A stretch of DNA of 47,097 bases from contig DAIRCY010000006.1 in assembly GCA_036796435.1 (NCBI GenBank), positions 3,604 to 50,700 on the forward strand, read 5' to 3'. The notes below the pieces were generated by a model. That model was given only the letters and a program-made list of their open reading frames with translations, made no database searches and was not told the DNA's origin. This document shows positions 7,853-16,744 of the stretch, piece by piece. Numbering within the stretch: the first letter of the stretch is position 1; each line of letters opens with the position of its first letter. This DNA is from Acidimicrobiales bacterium. GTDB lineage: Bacteria; Actinomycetota; Acidimicrobiia; Acidimicrobiales; RAAP-2. The position numbers were made by a program, and so were the translations under genes.

Positions 7853-8863
7853 ATGAAAGTCATCGATTTCCACATCCACTACGCGCCGGAGGACATGGTC
7901 CGTCCCAATCTCGGTGAAGGCGGCAGTCCGAAGGTGTCGTGGAAGGACGGGGTCCCGCGCTACACGCAGCACGAGGGCCTCTATCGCATCGACCGGCACC
8001 TCGAGTGCATGGACGCTGCGGGCATCGACGTCGGCGTCCTGTCGAGTGGTGCTGCAATGGGAGCCGACCACGACTCGTGCGCGCACGTTAACGAGGACCT
8101 CGCCAGGGTGGAGAAGGAGAATCCCGGGCGCTTCCGCCCCCTATGCCACATCGACCCGCGTGACGACCGGTGGCGACGGGAATTGCAGATGTGCGCCGAG
8201 GAACACGGCTTCCCGGGGATCGCCTTCCCGAGCAGCTTCGGCACGGTGCAGCTGGACGACCCCGTGGTCTTCCCCGTGTACGAGGAGGCGGTGCGCCGAG
8301 GAATGTTCGTCTTCGTACACCCGTCCCTCCCGTGCCCGCCCGGGCTCGAGAGCTACTACGACCGCTACGACCTCTATCGATGCGTGGGTCGCGAGCACGA
8401 GCTCGTGCTCGCGACGTTCCGGCTCGTCGCGGGCAGGATCTTCGATCGCGTGCCCGGGCTGCAGGTCGTGATGTCGCACCTGGGAGGCGGGATCGCGGCA
8501 TTCATCGAGCGGATCCGCGGATACCAGGACAAGGGCCACCTCGGGATCACGGCCGACTCGCCGCACGGCCAGGTAGCGGACAATGCGTTCGACCACTACT
8601 TCGACCACAACATGTTCTTCGACACGGGTGGGGTGTTCGGGAGTATCAACGCAATCCGCGCCGCGCTCACCGAGATCCGGCCCGAGCGCATCGTCTTCGG
8701 CACTGACTACCCTCAGGAGATCCGGGACGCCGAAAAGATGGCGAAGTTCACCCGGGACCTTCGCGCCTCGGGCCTGTCCGGCGACGTCATCGAAGGCATT
8801 CTCGGTGGCAACGGCGCGCATCTGATCTCCGAGGACGCCGCGACGAGGAGCGCGTCGGCGTGA
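7853..8863 (+). CDS. Amidohydrolase_2 family metal-dependent hydrolase/decarboxylase (ACMSD/LigW-like)
   Basis: Internal ATG of ORF 6932..8863. MKVIDFHIHYAPE (HxH motif) ... VFVHP ... IVFGTDYP. Confidence 0.8.
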   Translation: MKVIDFHIHYAPEDMVRPNLGEGGSPKVSWKDGVPRYTQHEGLYRIDRHLECMDAAGIDVGVLSSGAAMGADHDSCAHVNEDLARVEKENPGRFRPLCHIDPRDDRWRRELQMCAEEHGFPGIAFPSSFGTVQLDDPVVFPVYEEAVRRGMFVFVHPSLPCPPGLESYYDRYDLYRCVGREHELVLATFRLVAGRIFDRVPGLQVVMSHLGGGIAAFIERIRGYQDKGHLGITADSPHGQVADNAFDHYFDHNMFFDTGGVFGSINAIRAALTEIRPERIVFGTDYPQEIRDAEKMAKFTRDLRASGLSGDVIEGILGGNGAHLISEDAATRSASA

Positions 8864-8954
8864 GCCACTGTGGGAGGGCACGGGGGATCGCGCATGGACG
8901 GATACTTGTGAGGTGGGGCGTCGCCTGCGCCCAGACGGCACGAGGAGGGTCACG

Positions 8955-9680
8955 ATGGCCATGACTTCGCCCTGGGACTCGATCCCCGACTACGACGTGC
9001 AGCGGCTCGGTCCCGAGATCCTGGACCGCCGCGAGCAGGAGCGGTGGTGCCGGGCCGTGTTCATGGCAGGCAGCCTGCCGTTCATGTGGCGAGAGTCGTC
9101 GGTAGTGCGCGAGCTCGTGTACGACCGCCTGGAGCTCGCTCCGGGACATTCAGTCCTCGTGATCGGAGAGGGTGTCGAGGCCTGCGGGTTCGGCAGCGAC
9201 CTTCGGGCGACGGTGGGGAGAGACGGCGTCCACGTCGTCGACATCATCGACGAGGCGCGCGACCGCTACCTGGCTGGCAAGAGAGGGTCGGGAGGCCAGC
9301 TGGCGACCTGGCACTACGACTTCGCCGACCAGTTCGACGACGGCATGTTCGACGCGGTTGCGGTCCTGCAGGGCGTCCAGCACGCCGAGGACTGGGCGGT
9401 GACCGGCAGGGACCTCGCGCGGGTGCTGAAGCCCGGCCGTCCCCTCGTCCTCGCGGAGATCGCCTTCGGGCCCCGTTTCTTGGTCAGAGCGCAAGCCGAC
9501 GTCCACCTGTACTTCCTGATTCGCAAGCTGTTCGATCGGATCGGCTGGGACCTCCACGACTTTCCGTACCACGGCCTGGAAGAGCTCCGGACGGCATTCG
9601 AGGGCACCCTTGTCGACGTAGGGACATTCGAGTGGCGCGGGATCGAGGTGCTCTGGGGGCGCACGCCCGCGTCGCCTTGA
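8955..9680 (+). CDS. Class I methyltransferase-fold protein (function unclear)
   Basis: ORF 8913..9680. I prefer ATG 8955, which follows GGAGGG. Motif-I-like VLVIGEGVEACG. A later LKPGRPLVLAE segment also fits. No stronger signature was recognised. Confidence 0.55.
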   Translation: MAMTSPWDSIPDYDVQRLGPEILDRREQERWCRAVFMAGSLPFMWRESSVVRELVYDRLELAPGHSVLVIGEGVEACGFGSDLRATVGRDGVHVVDIIDEARDRYLAGKRGSGGQLATWHYDFADQFDDGMFDAVAVLQGVQHAEDWAVTGRDLARVLKPGRPLVLAEIAFGPRFLVRAQADVHLYFLIRKLFDRIGWDLHDFPYHGLEELRTAFEGTLVDVGTFEWRGIEVLWGRTPASP

Positions 9681-9693
9681 AGCGTGAGTCGAA

Positions 9694-9725
9694 GCCTGAG
9701 CCGATGCCTGAGCCGATGCCTGAGC
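9694..9725 (+). repeat. Tandem 12-mer gcctgagccgat, about 2.7 copies, intergenic
   Basis: Read directly: copies at 9694-9705 and 9706-9717, with a partial third copy at 9718-9725. Confidence 0.8.
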
Positions 9726-9776
9726 GCGCGCCCTGCGCGGCACGTACGGCGGGCGACCGCCTGAAAGGAGCGTGAA

Positions 9777-10337
9777 ATGGCACTGCTGCAGTACCCCGAG
9801 ATCTCGTCGTTGCCACCGGACGTGCGTGACCGGATCCAGCACTTCGAAGGCGAGCACGGACGTCCATCGCTTCTTCGGCGCATGCTGTCCCACTGGCCGA
9901 CCGCGCTGGGTGCTCTCGACGGCCTCTACCACCCCGTGATGGAGAACGGGAAGCTGCCCCGTCGCTTGAAGGAGATGCTCTTCGTCGTAAGCGCCAACGC
10001 ACGAGGTTGCCCGTACTGCACGGGTGGTCACTCGAGGTTCCTCGTGCGCGAGTTCGGCTTCACCGAAGACGAGGTCGTACAGCTCCGTGAGCATCCCGAC
10101 GACGCTGGTCGCGATCCCGCCGAGCGCGTCGCTGCGGAGTTCGTGCGGAAGATCTCGACCGAGCCGTACAAGACCGCCGAGAAGGACATCCAGGCGCTCA
10201 CCGAAGCCGGCTACTCCACCGAGGAGATCGTGGAGATCACCGCCGTCGCGGCGGTCGCCGGGTTCACCACGACGGTCGCGTCGGCCATGCACCTCGAGGA
10301 CGACCTCGAGACGTTCGGCATGGACGGGTACTTCTGA
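9777..10337 (+). CDS. Carboxymuconolactone decarboxylase (AhpD-like) family protein with a CxxC motif
   Basis: ORF 9777..10337. ...SANARGCPYCTGGHSRF... is a CMD/AhpD-type redox motif. GAAAGGAG lies upstream of the ATG. Confidence 0.8.
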   Translation: MALLQYPEISSLPPDVRDRIQHFEGEHGRPSLLRRMLSHWPTALGALDGLYHPVMENGKLPRRLKEMLFVVSANARGCPYCTGGHSRFLVREFGFTEDEVVQLREHPDDAGRDPAERVAAEFVRKISTEPYKTAEKDIQALTEAGYSTEEIVEITAVAAVAGFTTTVASAMHLEDDLETFGMDGYF

Positions 10338-10341
10338 CGAG

Positions 10342-11166
10342 ATGGCCGGTCTCGCGAGCGAGGTGCGTCCAGTGACACAGTTGCGAACCGTCGTCTGCGT
10401 CAAGCACGTCGCGGTGAGCGCGCCCACCATCAGGGACGATGGGCGCGCTGTCGGCGCCGAGAACCGGCGGTTCGAGGTGAACGAGGCGGACTTGGGCGCC
10501 GTCGAGGAGGCGCTCGCGCTGCGAGCCCTCCACGGAGGCTCCGTCACCGCCGTCAGCGTGGGCCCGCCCAGGGCCAAGGAGGCGCTGGCCGTCGCATGTG
10601 CTGCGGGTGCCGACGACGGTGTGCACGTCGTCGGAGAGGATGCCGACCGCACACGGGTCGCCCACGCGCTGTCTGCCGTGATCGGTGAGCTCGGGTACGA
10701 CCTCGTGCTGGCGGGAGTCCAAGCCTCCGACGACATGCTCGGGCTGACGGGGGTCCTCGTCGCAGACGACCTGGGGGTCCCCGTCGTCACGGCGGTCGCG
10801 GGAGTCGCCGTCGATCTCGCGGTCTCACCATCCGCGCTCGTCATCCGGGAGCTTGCGAACGGCTACCGCCAGAGGCTCCGTGTCCCTCTTCCTTGCGTGC
10901 TCACCGTCCAGCTCGGCGCGCGACCGCTTCGCTACCTCCCCGTGATGGCGCTGCTCAAATCGCGCCGGAGATCTTTCGCAGCGCGCGACCTCGACACCCT
11001 CGCGCCCATGACAGGGGGTCCCCAGCATGTTCAGGACCCGCGGGTGCTGGAGCTCCTCCCTCCGCCGCAGCGATCCGGCTGCGAGATCCTGACCGGCCCC
11101 CCCTCTGCGGCCGCGGCCGAGCTCGCCGGTCGCCTGGCGTCGAAGCTCGGCTACCCAGCTCCATGA
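10342..11166 (+). CDS. etfB: Electron transfer flavoprotein beta subunit (EtfB/FixA-like)
   Basis: In-frame part of ORF 10024..11166. ...LRTVVCVKHV... has an EtfB-like N-terminus, and the length fits. The start is ATG 10342 or GTG 10372. Confidence 0.8.
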   Translation: MAGLASEVRPVTQLRTVVCVKHVAVSAPTIRDDGRAVGAENRRFEVNEADLGAVEEALALRALHGGSVTAVSVGPPRAKEALAVACAAGADDGVHVVGEDADRTRVAHALSAVIGELGYDLVLAGVQASDDMLGLTGVLVADDLGVPVVTAVAGVAVDLAVSPSALVIRELANGYRQRLRVPLPCVLTVQLGARPLRYLPVMALLKSRRRSFAARDLDTLAPMTGGPQHVQDPRVLELLPPPQRSGCEILTGPPSAAAAELAGRLASKLGYPAP

Positions 11167-12194
11167 GACCCGGGAGCGTGCTCGTAGTGTGCGAGACGGG
11201 GCCGGACCAGAGCGAAGGGTTCACCCCGGACCTCCTCGCCGTCTCGCAGCAGGTGGTCGCGGCCGGTGCCGGTGGCGACATCACCGCGCTCGTGGTCGGC
11301 GCGCTCGCCGGGGCGCACGCAGCGGACATCGCCCGCTACGTCGACGAGGTGGTCGTCGCAGAGCAGGACGGTCCCGGCGCCTGGTCACCGGACCAGTTCC
11401 TCGCGACTGCCCTCGGCGTGGTCGCGCGGCACCGTCCCGATCTCGTCCTTTGCGGGCACACCCCCTTCGGTATGGACCTCGCGCCGCGCCTCGCTTCCCG
11501 CCTGGGCGCGCCGTTCTTGAGCAACGTGGTCGACGTGAGCCTCGACGACGAGGGCCGCCCCTCCTACGTGCGTCCACTGCACAAGGGAACCGTGCACGAG
11601 AGGGCGGTGACCGAGAGGAGTCCGAGCGTGATCACGGTCGGGGTGGGGACGGGTCGGGCGCCGGTCGTCCGGCCTCGCGACGCGGCGGTCCGGTCGTACG
11701 AGGTTGCGGCGGGCGGGATCGAACCACCGACACAGGCGCGCTCGAGCCAAGTGGTGGCCACGGTCGAGCCGACGCCGGGTGGGGTGGAGATCACCAAGGC
11801 GCCGATCGTGGTGTCCGCCGGTCGAGGGATCGGCGATCGTGAGAATCTCCGCTTGGTGGCGGAGCTCGCAGACGCACTCGGCGGCGTCGTGGCGTGCACC
11901 CGACCTCTGGTCGACATGGGGTGGTTGGGTGGGGAGCACCAGGTGGGTTTGTCGGGGCGCACGGTGCGCCCGAAGCTCTACGTGGCCTGTGGGATCTCGG
12001 GGGCGCCGGAGCACCTTGCCGGAATGCGAGGCGCCGAGACGATCGTGGCCGTCAACACGGACCCCGGTGCGCCGATCTTCGCGCTTGCGACATACGGGAT
12101 CGTGGGTGACGTCGCGGAGGTCCTTCCCGAGCTGACCGAGAAGATGCGACGCTCGGCGGCCGGTCAGCCGCTCTCCGTCCGAGGTGCGCGGTGA
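11163..12194 (+). CDS. etfA: Electron transfer flavoprotein alpha subunit (EtfA/FixB-like)
   Basis: In-frame part of ORF 10893..12194. The ATG overlaps the etfB stop (ATGA). C-terminal FAD motifs KLYVACGISGAPEHLAGM and IVAVNTDPGAPIF are present. Confidence 0.88.
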   Translation: MRPGSVLVVCETGPDQSEGFTPDLLAVSQQVVAAGAGGDITALVVGALAGAHAADIARYVDEVVVAEQDGPGAWSPDQFLATALGVVARHRPDLVLCGHTPFGMDLAPRLASRLGAPFLSNVVDVSLDDEGRPSYVRPLHKGTVHERAVTERSPSVITVGVGTGRAPVVRPRDAAVRSYEVAAGGIEPPTQARSSQVVATVEPTPGGVEITKAPIVVSAGRGIGDRENLRLVAELADALGGVVACTRPLVDMGWLGGEHQVGLSGRTVRPKLYVACGISGAPEHLAGMRGAETIVAVNTDPGAPIFALATYGIVGDVAEVLPELTEKMRRSAAGQPLSVRGAR

Positions 12195-13852
12195 GCGACG
12201 GCCACTTCGACGGTCTCATCATCGGCGCGGGGCACAACGGCCTCATCACCGCGGCCTACCTCGCGAAGGCGGGGATGCGGGTGGGTGTTGTCGAAGGCCG
12301 TCCTACCGTCGGCGGCGGCTTCTCCACCGAGGAGGTCACCGCACCCGGCTATCTGCACAACCTCCACGCGATCCACACCAAGCGGCACGAGTGCCCTGGC
12401 GACCGCGATCTCGAGCTCCGGCGATACGGCGTGTCCTACGTCTTCCCGAACCCGAAGATGGGGTTCGTCCGTCACGACGACTGGTTCGTCTACTACCAGG
12501 GCAGGGAGCGGAACATCGCGTCGATAGCCCGGGTCTCCAAGCGAGACGCCGCCACCTATGAGCAAGTGAGCGCCACGTGGCAGCGCTGGTACAGGGATTT
12601 CATCCTGCCCTATCTCTACGCGCCTCCTGTGCCGCACGAGGTGTGGGAGGCCGACATCAGCAGCCAGCCCGGGGGCACCGACTTCCTCACGATCGTGCGT
12701 GATCTCAGCCCGGTTGAGTACGCGCGCGACCTGTTCGAGAGCGAGTTCTGCCGCATGTCCGTCGTCCGGGCCGTGACGTCGGCCGAGTACAACCCCCGGG
12801 CCCGAGGCATCCCGCCGCTCGTGTTCGCGCACATCGTGAATTGGTTCGCCGGGACGACGGCGCTCGTGCGCGGCGGCAGCCGACGTGCTGCGGAAGGCAT
12901 CGCGCAGATCGTGATCGAGCACGGAGGGCACATCTTCCTCGGTGACGCCGTCGAGCACATCGAGGTGAGGGACGGAGTCGCGCGGGGCGTCGTGCTGGCG
13001 AGCGGCCGCGAGCTGTCGGCGACGCGCTTCATCGCCAGCTCGATCAACCCGGTGCACACCTTCTTGCTTCTGATGGACGAAGCCGTGTTGCCAGCTGGGC
13101 TGGCCGAGAAGGCGGCCTCGTTCACGTTCAAGGAGACGGGCTTGTTCCGGGTCCACCTGGCGCTCCGGGAGCGGCCCCACTTCATCATGTCGAAGACAGC
13201 GCCCGAGCTCGACGACGCGTGGAAGCTGACCATCGGCTTCGAGTCTCTTGACGACCTCCTGTCGATGGGGCAGCAAGCGGCCAACGGTGTGGTCCCCGAC
13301 GTGCTGGGTTTGGACGGAGGCCTGATCTCGGTACACGACACCTCCCAGGCTCCGCCAGGAGGCTGCACTGCCTACGTGGGGATCCCCGCTCCTTTCGACC
13401 TGGCCGACGGCGGCGCCGCCGCATGGTCGGACGTAGGCAAGGAAGTCGGAGAGTGTCTGCTCGAGAAGCTGCGAGAGTTCGCGCCAAACGTGCGAGACGA
13501 TGTGATCGCGGGACGGTTCGTCTACTCGCCGAAGGACATCGAGGAGTACCTCCCCGACATGATCAATGGTGACATCTGCCAGGGGCAGATCTGCGTCGAC
13601 CAGCTTGGCGACCGACGGCCGTGGCCGGGAATGGCGAACTATCGGACGCCCGTCGACCGCCTCTACCTGTGCGGAGCGTCGACGCACCCGGGAGGGCATG
13701 CGATCGGTGGACCGGGCTACAACGCTGCCAACGCCATCGCCGACGATCTTCGAGTGGAGAGATGGTGGGCACCGTACCGTCCGTGGACGCTCGACGCACC
13801 GCGGCTGGATCCACTGACGTCCTCGCGCGCGACATGGTCGGGCAGCGGCTGA
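12191..13852 (+). CDS. NAD(P)/FAD-dependent oxidoreductase, phytoene-desaturase (CrtI-like, COG1233-type) family
   Basis: ORF 12191..13852. Dinucleotide fold DGLIIGAGHNGLITAAYLAKAGMRVGVVEGRPTVGG. The GTG overlaps the etfA stop (GTGA). Confidence 0.85.
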   Translation: MSDGHFDGLIIGAGHNGLITAAYLAKAGMRVGVVEGRPTVGGGFSTEEVTAPGYLHNLHAIHTKRHECPGDRDLELRRYGVSYVFPNPKMGFVRHDDWFVYYQGRERNIASIARVSKRDAATYEQVSATWQRWYRDFILPYLYAPPVPHEVWEADISSQPGGTDFLTIVRDLSPVEYARDLFESEFCRMSVVRAVTSAEYNPRARGIPPLVFAHIVNWFAGTTALVRGGSRRAAEGIAQIVIEHGGHIFLGDAVEHIEVRDGVARGVVLASGRELSATRFIASSINPVHTFLLLMDEAVLPAGLAEKAASFTFKETGLFRVHLALRERPHFIMSKTAPELDDAWKLTIGFESLDDLLSMGQQAANGVVPDVLGLDGGLISVHDTSQAPPGGCTAYVGIPAPFDLADGGAAAWSDVGKEVGECLLEKLREFAPNVRDDVIAGRFVYSPKDIEEYLPDMINGDICQGQICVDQLGDRRPWPGMANYRTPVDRLYLCGASTHPGGHAIGGPGYNAANAIADDLRVERWWAPYRPWTLDAPRLDPLTSSRATWSGSG

Positions 13853-13940
13853 CGAGAGGCCCGTGGCAGACTTCGCTCGATCCCGCGACGACCGGCGGCC
13901 CCCGCCCGCGATCCGGGGCTGGCCTATCGGCGTCCCGGCG

Positions 13941-14705
13941 TCATCGCATGACCATGCCGCCGTCGGCGTTGACGACTTGGCCGGTGACCGCGGCGCTGGC
14001 CGGGTCCAGGAGGAAGGCTACTGAGCTCGTCAGATCCTCCGGGGTGAGTGCTCGTGCGAGGCACTGGGCTTGGATGATCGCCTGCCGCTGCTCGGGGGTG
14101 ACCGTGGATCGGGTGACTCCCGTCTGGACCGAGCCGGGGGTCACAGCGTTCGCACGAATGCCGATCGGGCCCAGCTCTCGGGCCATCGCACGCGTGAGGC
14201 CGATCATGCCCGCCTTCGACGAAACGTAGTGGGCGTAGTTGGCACGACCGAACCATACGGCAGCGGCCGAGATGTTCACGATGCTCGCGCCCGGTTCACG
14301 GCGCAGGAGCGGGAGGAGAGCCCGGGACATGAGCCACGTACCGGTCAGGTTGACGGAAAGCACATGGGTCCACTCGTCGAGCGGGATCTGCCAGAACGGC
14401 TTCATCTCGAGCGTGGAGAAGACAGCTGCGTTGTTGACGAGGCCGATGACGGCCCCGTGCTCCGTCTCGAGCCGGTCAGCCGCGCGTGCGCAGGACGCCT
14501 CGTCGGCGACGTCGACATCGAGCGCCGTCGCGTGCCCACCGCCGGATCTGATCGAGCCAGCCACTCCCTCGGCTCTTTCGACATTGCGGTCGGCCACGAC
14601 CACGTGGTAGCCACGCGTCGCCAGGTCCCTGCAGAGCACCTCCCCGATGCCCTGGGCGCCCCCGGTGACGACCACGGTGCCTTCTCTGTCGCGTGTGGCA
14701 GCCAT
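13941..14705 (-). CDS. Short-chain dehydrogenase/reductase (SDR)
   Basis: ORF 13941..14705. VVVTGGAQGIG cofactor motif and a catalytic Y-x3-K (HYVSSKAG). Confidence 0.9.
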   Translation of the reverse strand: MAATRDREGTVVVTGGAQGIGEVLCRDLATRGYHVVVADRNVERAEGVAGSIRSGGGHATALDVDVADEASCARAADRLETEHGAVIGLVNNAAVFSTLEMKPFWQIPLDEWTHVLSVNLTGTWLMSRALLPLLRREPGASIVNISAAAVWFGRANYAHYVSSKAGMIGLTRAMARELGPIGIRANAVTPGSVQTGVTRSTVTPEQRQAIIQAQCLARALTPEDLTSSVAFLLDPASAAVTGQVVNADGGMVMR

Positions 14706-14725
14706 CTGCGCTCCCTCCTTTGCCC

Positions 14726-15721
14726 TCAGACGGCGTGGGTGCTCAGCGTCTCTGGCGCGAAGAGCTCTTCAGCTCGCATCAGCCGGTGCGCCACTCCCTG
14801 CTCGTACGCGAGGCGCACGAAGGCCTCGAGCGTCGGACGGTTTTCCTCGAGACCGTACGGCCAGACGTCGGGACCGAGCAGCGACGTCGCGTCCTTCATC
14901 GCCGCCGCCGGCCAGGGCAAGGGAACGGTCGACACCATCTCGTCACGCAGGCGCGCGACGCTGCGATCCCGGGCCTCGCTGAACGCGGCCATCAAGTTGA
15001 CCGCGACCCACGGGTGGCGTTCGAGCACCGGACCGCGCACCACGATGATGTGCATGATCGGGAAGATCCCGGTCCGCGCCAAGAACTCTCTCTCCATCGA
15101 GACCGGGTCCGAGATGAGCCGCACGATGCGCCCAGATCCATCCTGGAAGCTCTTCGGCGGTCGAGCGCTGATGATCGCGTCTATCTCGCCGTCGATCAGC
15201 ATCGCGTCGAGCGATCGATCGCGCACCGGTTCCAGCGAGAGCCCCTCGGGGAGGGCGAGGGCCACCTTCTCCGTCCTCCCTGCCGCGTTGACACCCGCCT
15301 GCACCCAGCGTACGTCGCGCAGCGGGACGCCGAACTCATCGGCGAGGAGCCCCCTGGCCCACACCGACGCCGTCTGGGCCCACTCTGGGACGCCGATCCG
15401 CCGGCCCGCGAGGTCCCCGGGTTCCTGGATCGACTCGTCGCCGCGTACGTAGAAGGCGCCGTGCCGGAACACGCGAGAGGTGAACACGGGTATCGCCACC
15501 ATCGACCGATCGCCTTGCGAGGCGCGCGACGTGTACGAGCCGAAGGACATCTCGGAGATGTCCCACTCGTGGTGGGCCATGAACCGCGGAAAGATCTCCT
15601 CCACGCCCATCTGCAGGGGAACGAGGTCGACGCCCTCCACCTCGACACGCCCGTTGGTGAGGTCACGAACCTGGTCGGAGTCGCCTACGGCCATCGAGAG
15701 CGTGATCTTCACAGTGGCCAT
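14726..15721 (-). CDS. 4,5-dihydroxyphthalate decarboxylase (PhtD)-like protein with a periplasmic-binding-protein-like fold and no signal peptide
   Basis: ORF 14726..15721. The N-terminus MATVKITLSMAVGDSDQVRDLTNGRVEVEGVDLVPLQMGVEEIFPRFMAHHEWDISEMSFGSY resembles the PhtD family as I remember it. Confidence 0.6.
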   Translation of the reverse strand: MATVKITLSMAVGDSDQVRDLTNGRVEVEGVDLVPLQMGVEEIFPRFMAHHEWDISEMSFGSYTSRASQGDRSMVAIPVFTSRVFRHGAFYVRGDESIQEPGDLAGRRIGVPEWAQTASVWARGLLADEFGVPLRDVRWVQAGVNAAGRTEKVALALPEGLSLEPVRDRSLDAMLIDGEIDAIISARPPKSFQDGSGRIVRLISDPVSMEREFLARTGIFPIMHIIVVRGPVLERHPWVAVNLMAAFSEARDRSVARLRDEMVSTVPLPWPAAAMKDATSLLGPDVWPYGLEENRPTLEAFVRLAYEQGVAHRLMRAEELFAPETLSTHAV

Positions 15722-15726
15722 CGCTC

Positions 15727-16635
15727 CTACCGCTCCTCGCGAGCGTCGGACATGGTGCCGCTCGCGGCGAGCAGCTCGCTCGTCTCGAGGAGCCGTTTCG
15801 CCCGCAGGACGATCGGCAGGTCCACGAGCTGCCCGCCCACCGCGACCGAACCTTCGCCCCGGGCCTGGGCGTCCTCGAACGCCGCGACGACCTTCTTCGC
15901 GTAATCGATCTCATCAGGGGAGGGGCTGAAGACGCGGTTGATGTCATCGAGCTGACGTGGATTGAAGGTCGACTTCCCGGTGAACCCCAATCGACGAGCC
16001 TGGAGGATGTCGGACGCGAGCCCGTCAGGATCGTCCAGGTCGGGAAAGACACCGTCGATGCTTCCCACTCGCGCCGACGCGGCGGCGATCACGATGCAGG
16101 ACCTCGCATGGATGAGCTCGCGCGCTTCCCCTGCGCGTTGCGTGCCGAGGCCGAGGTCGAGGGCGTAGTCCTCGGCACCGAACATCAGCGCTTCCACCCG
16201 CGGATGGCTACCGGCGATTGCGGGCGCGTGCAGGACTCCGCGGGCGCTCTCGATCGCGACCACAATGCGGACGGTGCCCGGCGCCATCGACCGCTGCCGC
16301 TCGAGGTCGTCGAGGCGGCTCGCAAGGCCGGTCACGTCTGTCACCGACTCTGCTTTCGGAAGGCAGACCCCCTCGAGCCCGGGAACGACGACGGCGTCGA
16401 GATCGTCGGCGAACCAGGGTGAAGGGGTCGAGTTCAAGCGCACGAAGCGCCGCGGTCCGAACTCGGATCGACCCAAGGCCCGTGCGACCGACTGCCGCGC
16501 CGCCGCCTTCTCGGCAACCGGAACCCCGTCTTCGAGATCCAAGAAGACGGTGTCGGCAGGAACACCGGCCGCCTTTGCAACGAATCGTTCGGTATGTCCG
16601 GGAACGAACATCCACGAACGCCCGAGATAACTCAT
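15727..16635 (-). CDS. HpcH/HpaI aldolase / citrate-lyase beta (CitE-like) acyl-CoA lyase
   Basis: Internal ATG of ORF 15727..17166, preceded by AAAGGAGGA. MSYLGRSWMFVPGH..., FLDLEDGV, MFGAEDY. Confidence 0.85.
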   Translation of the reverse strand: MSYLGRSWMFVPGHTERFVAKAAGVPADTVFLDLEDGVPVAEKAAARQSVARALGRSEFGPRRFVRLNSTPSPWFADDLDAVVVPGLEGVCLPKAESVTDVTGLASRLDDLERQRSMAPGTVRIVVAIESARGVLHAPAIAGSHPRVEALMFGAEDYALDLGLGTQRAGEARELIHARSCIVIAAASARVGSIDGVFPDLDDPDGLASDILQARRLGFTGKSTFNPRQLDDINRVFSPSPDEIDYAKKVVAAFEDAQARGEGSVAVGGQLVDLPIVLRAKRLLETSELLAASGTMSDAREER

Positions 16636-16744
16636 TGCATCCTCCTTTTGAGGGCCGTCCCGGCCACATGCAACGCGACAGTGCGTGCGATCGCTCCACG
16701 TCGACGAGCCGGGGGGCGTGTACAACCGACCCACATCCCATCGC

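Noticed and set aside
9150-10844. Minus-strand ORF (564 aa). Similar long antisense ORFs are at 12164..13699, 19605..21443 and 24948..26654.
   Set aside because: All overlap motif-bearing genes on the other strand and show shadow-ORF amino-acid composition.
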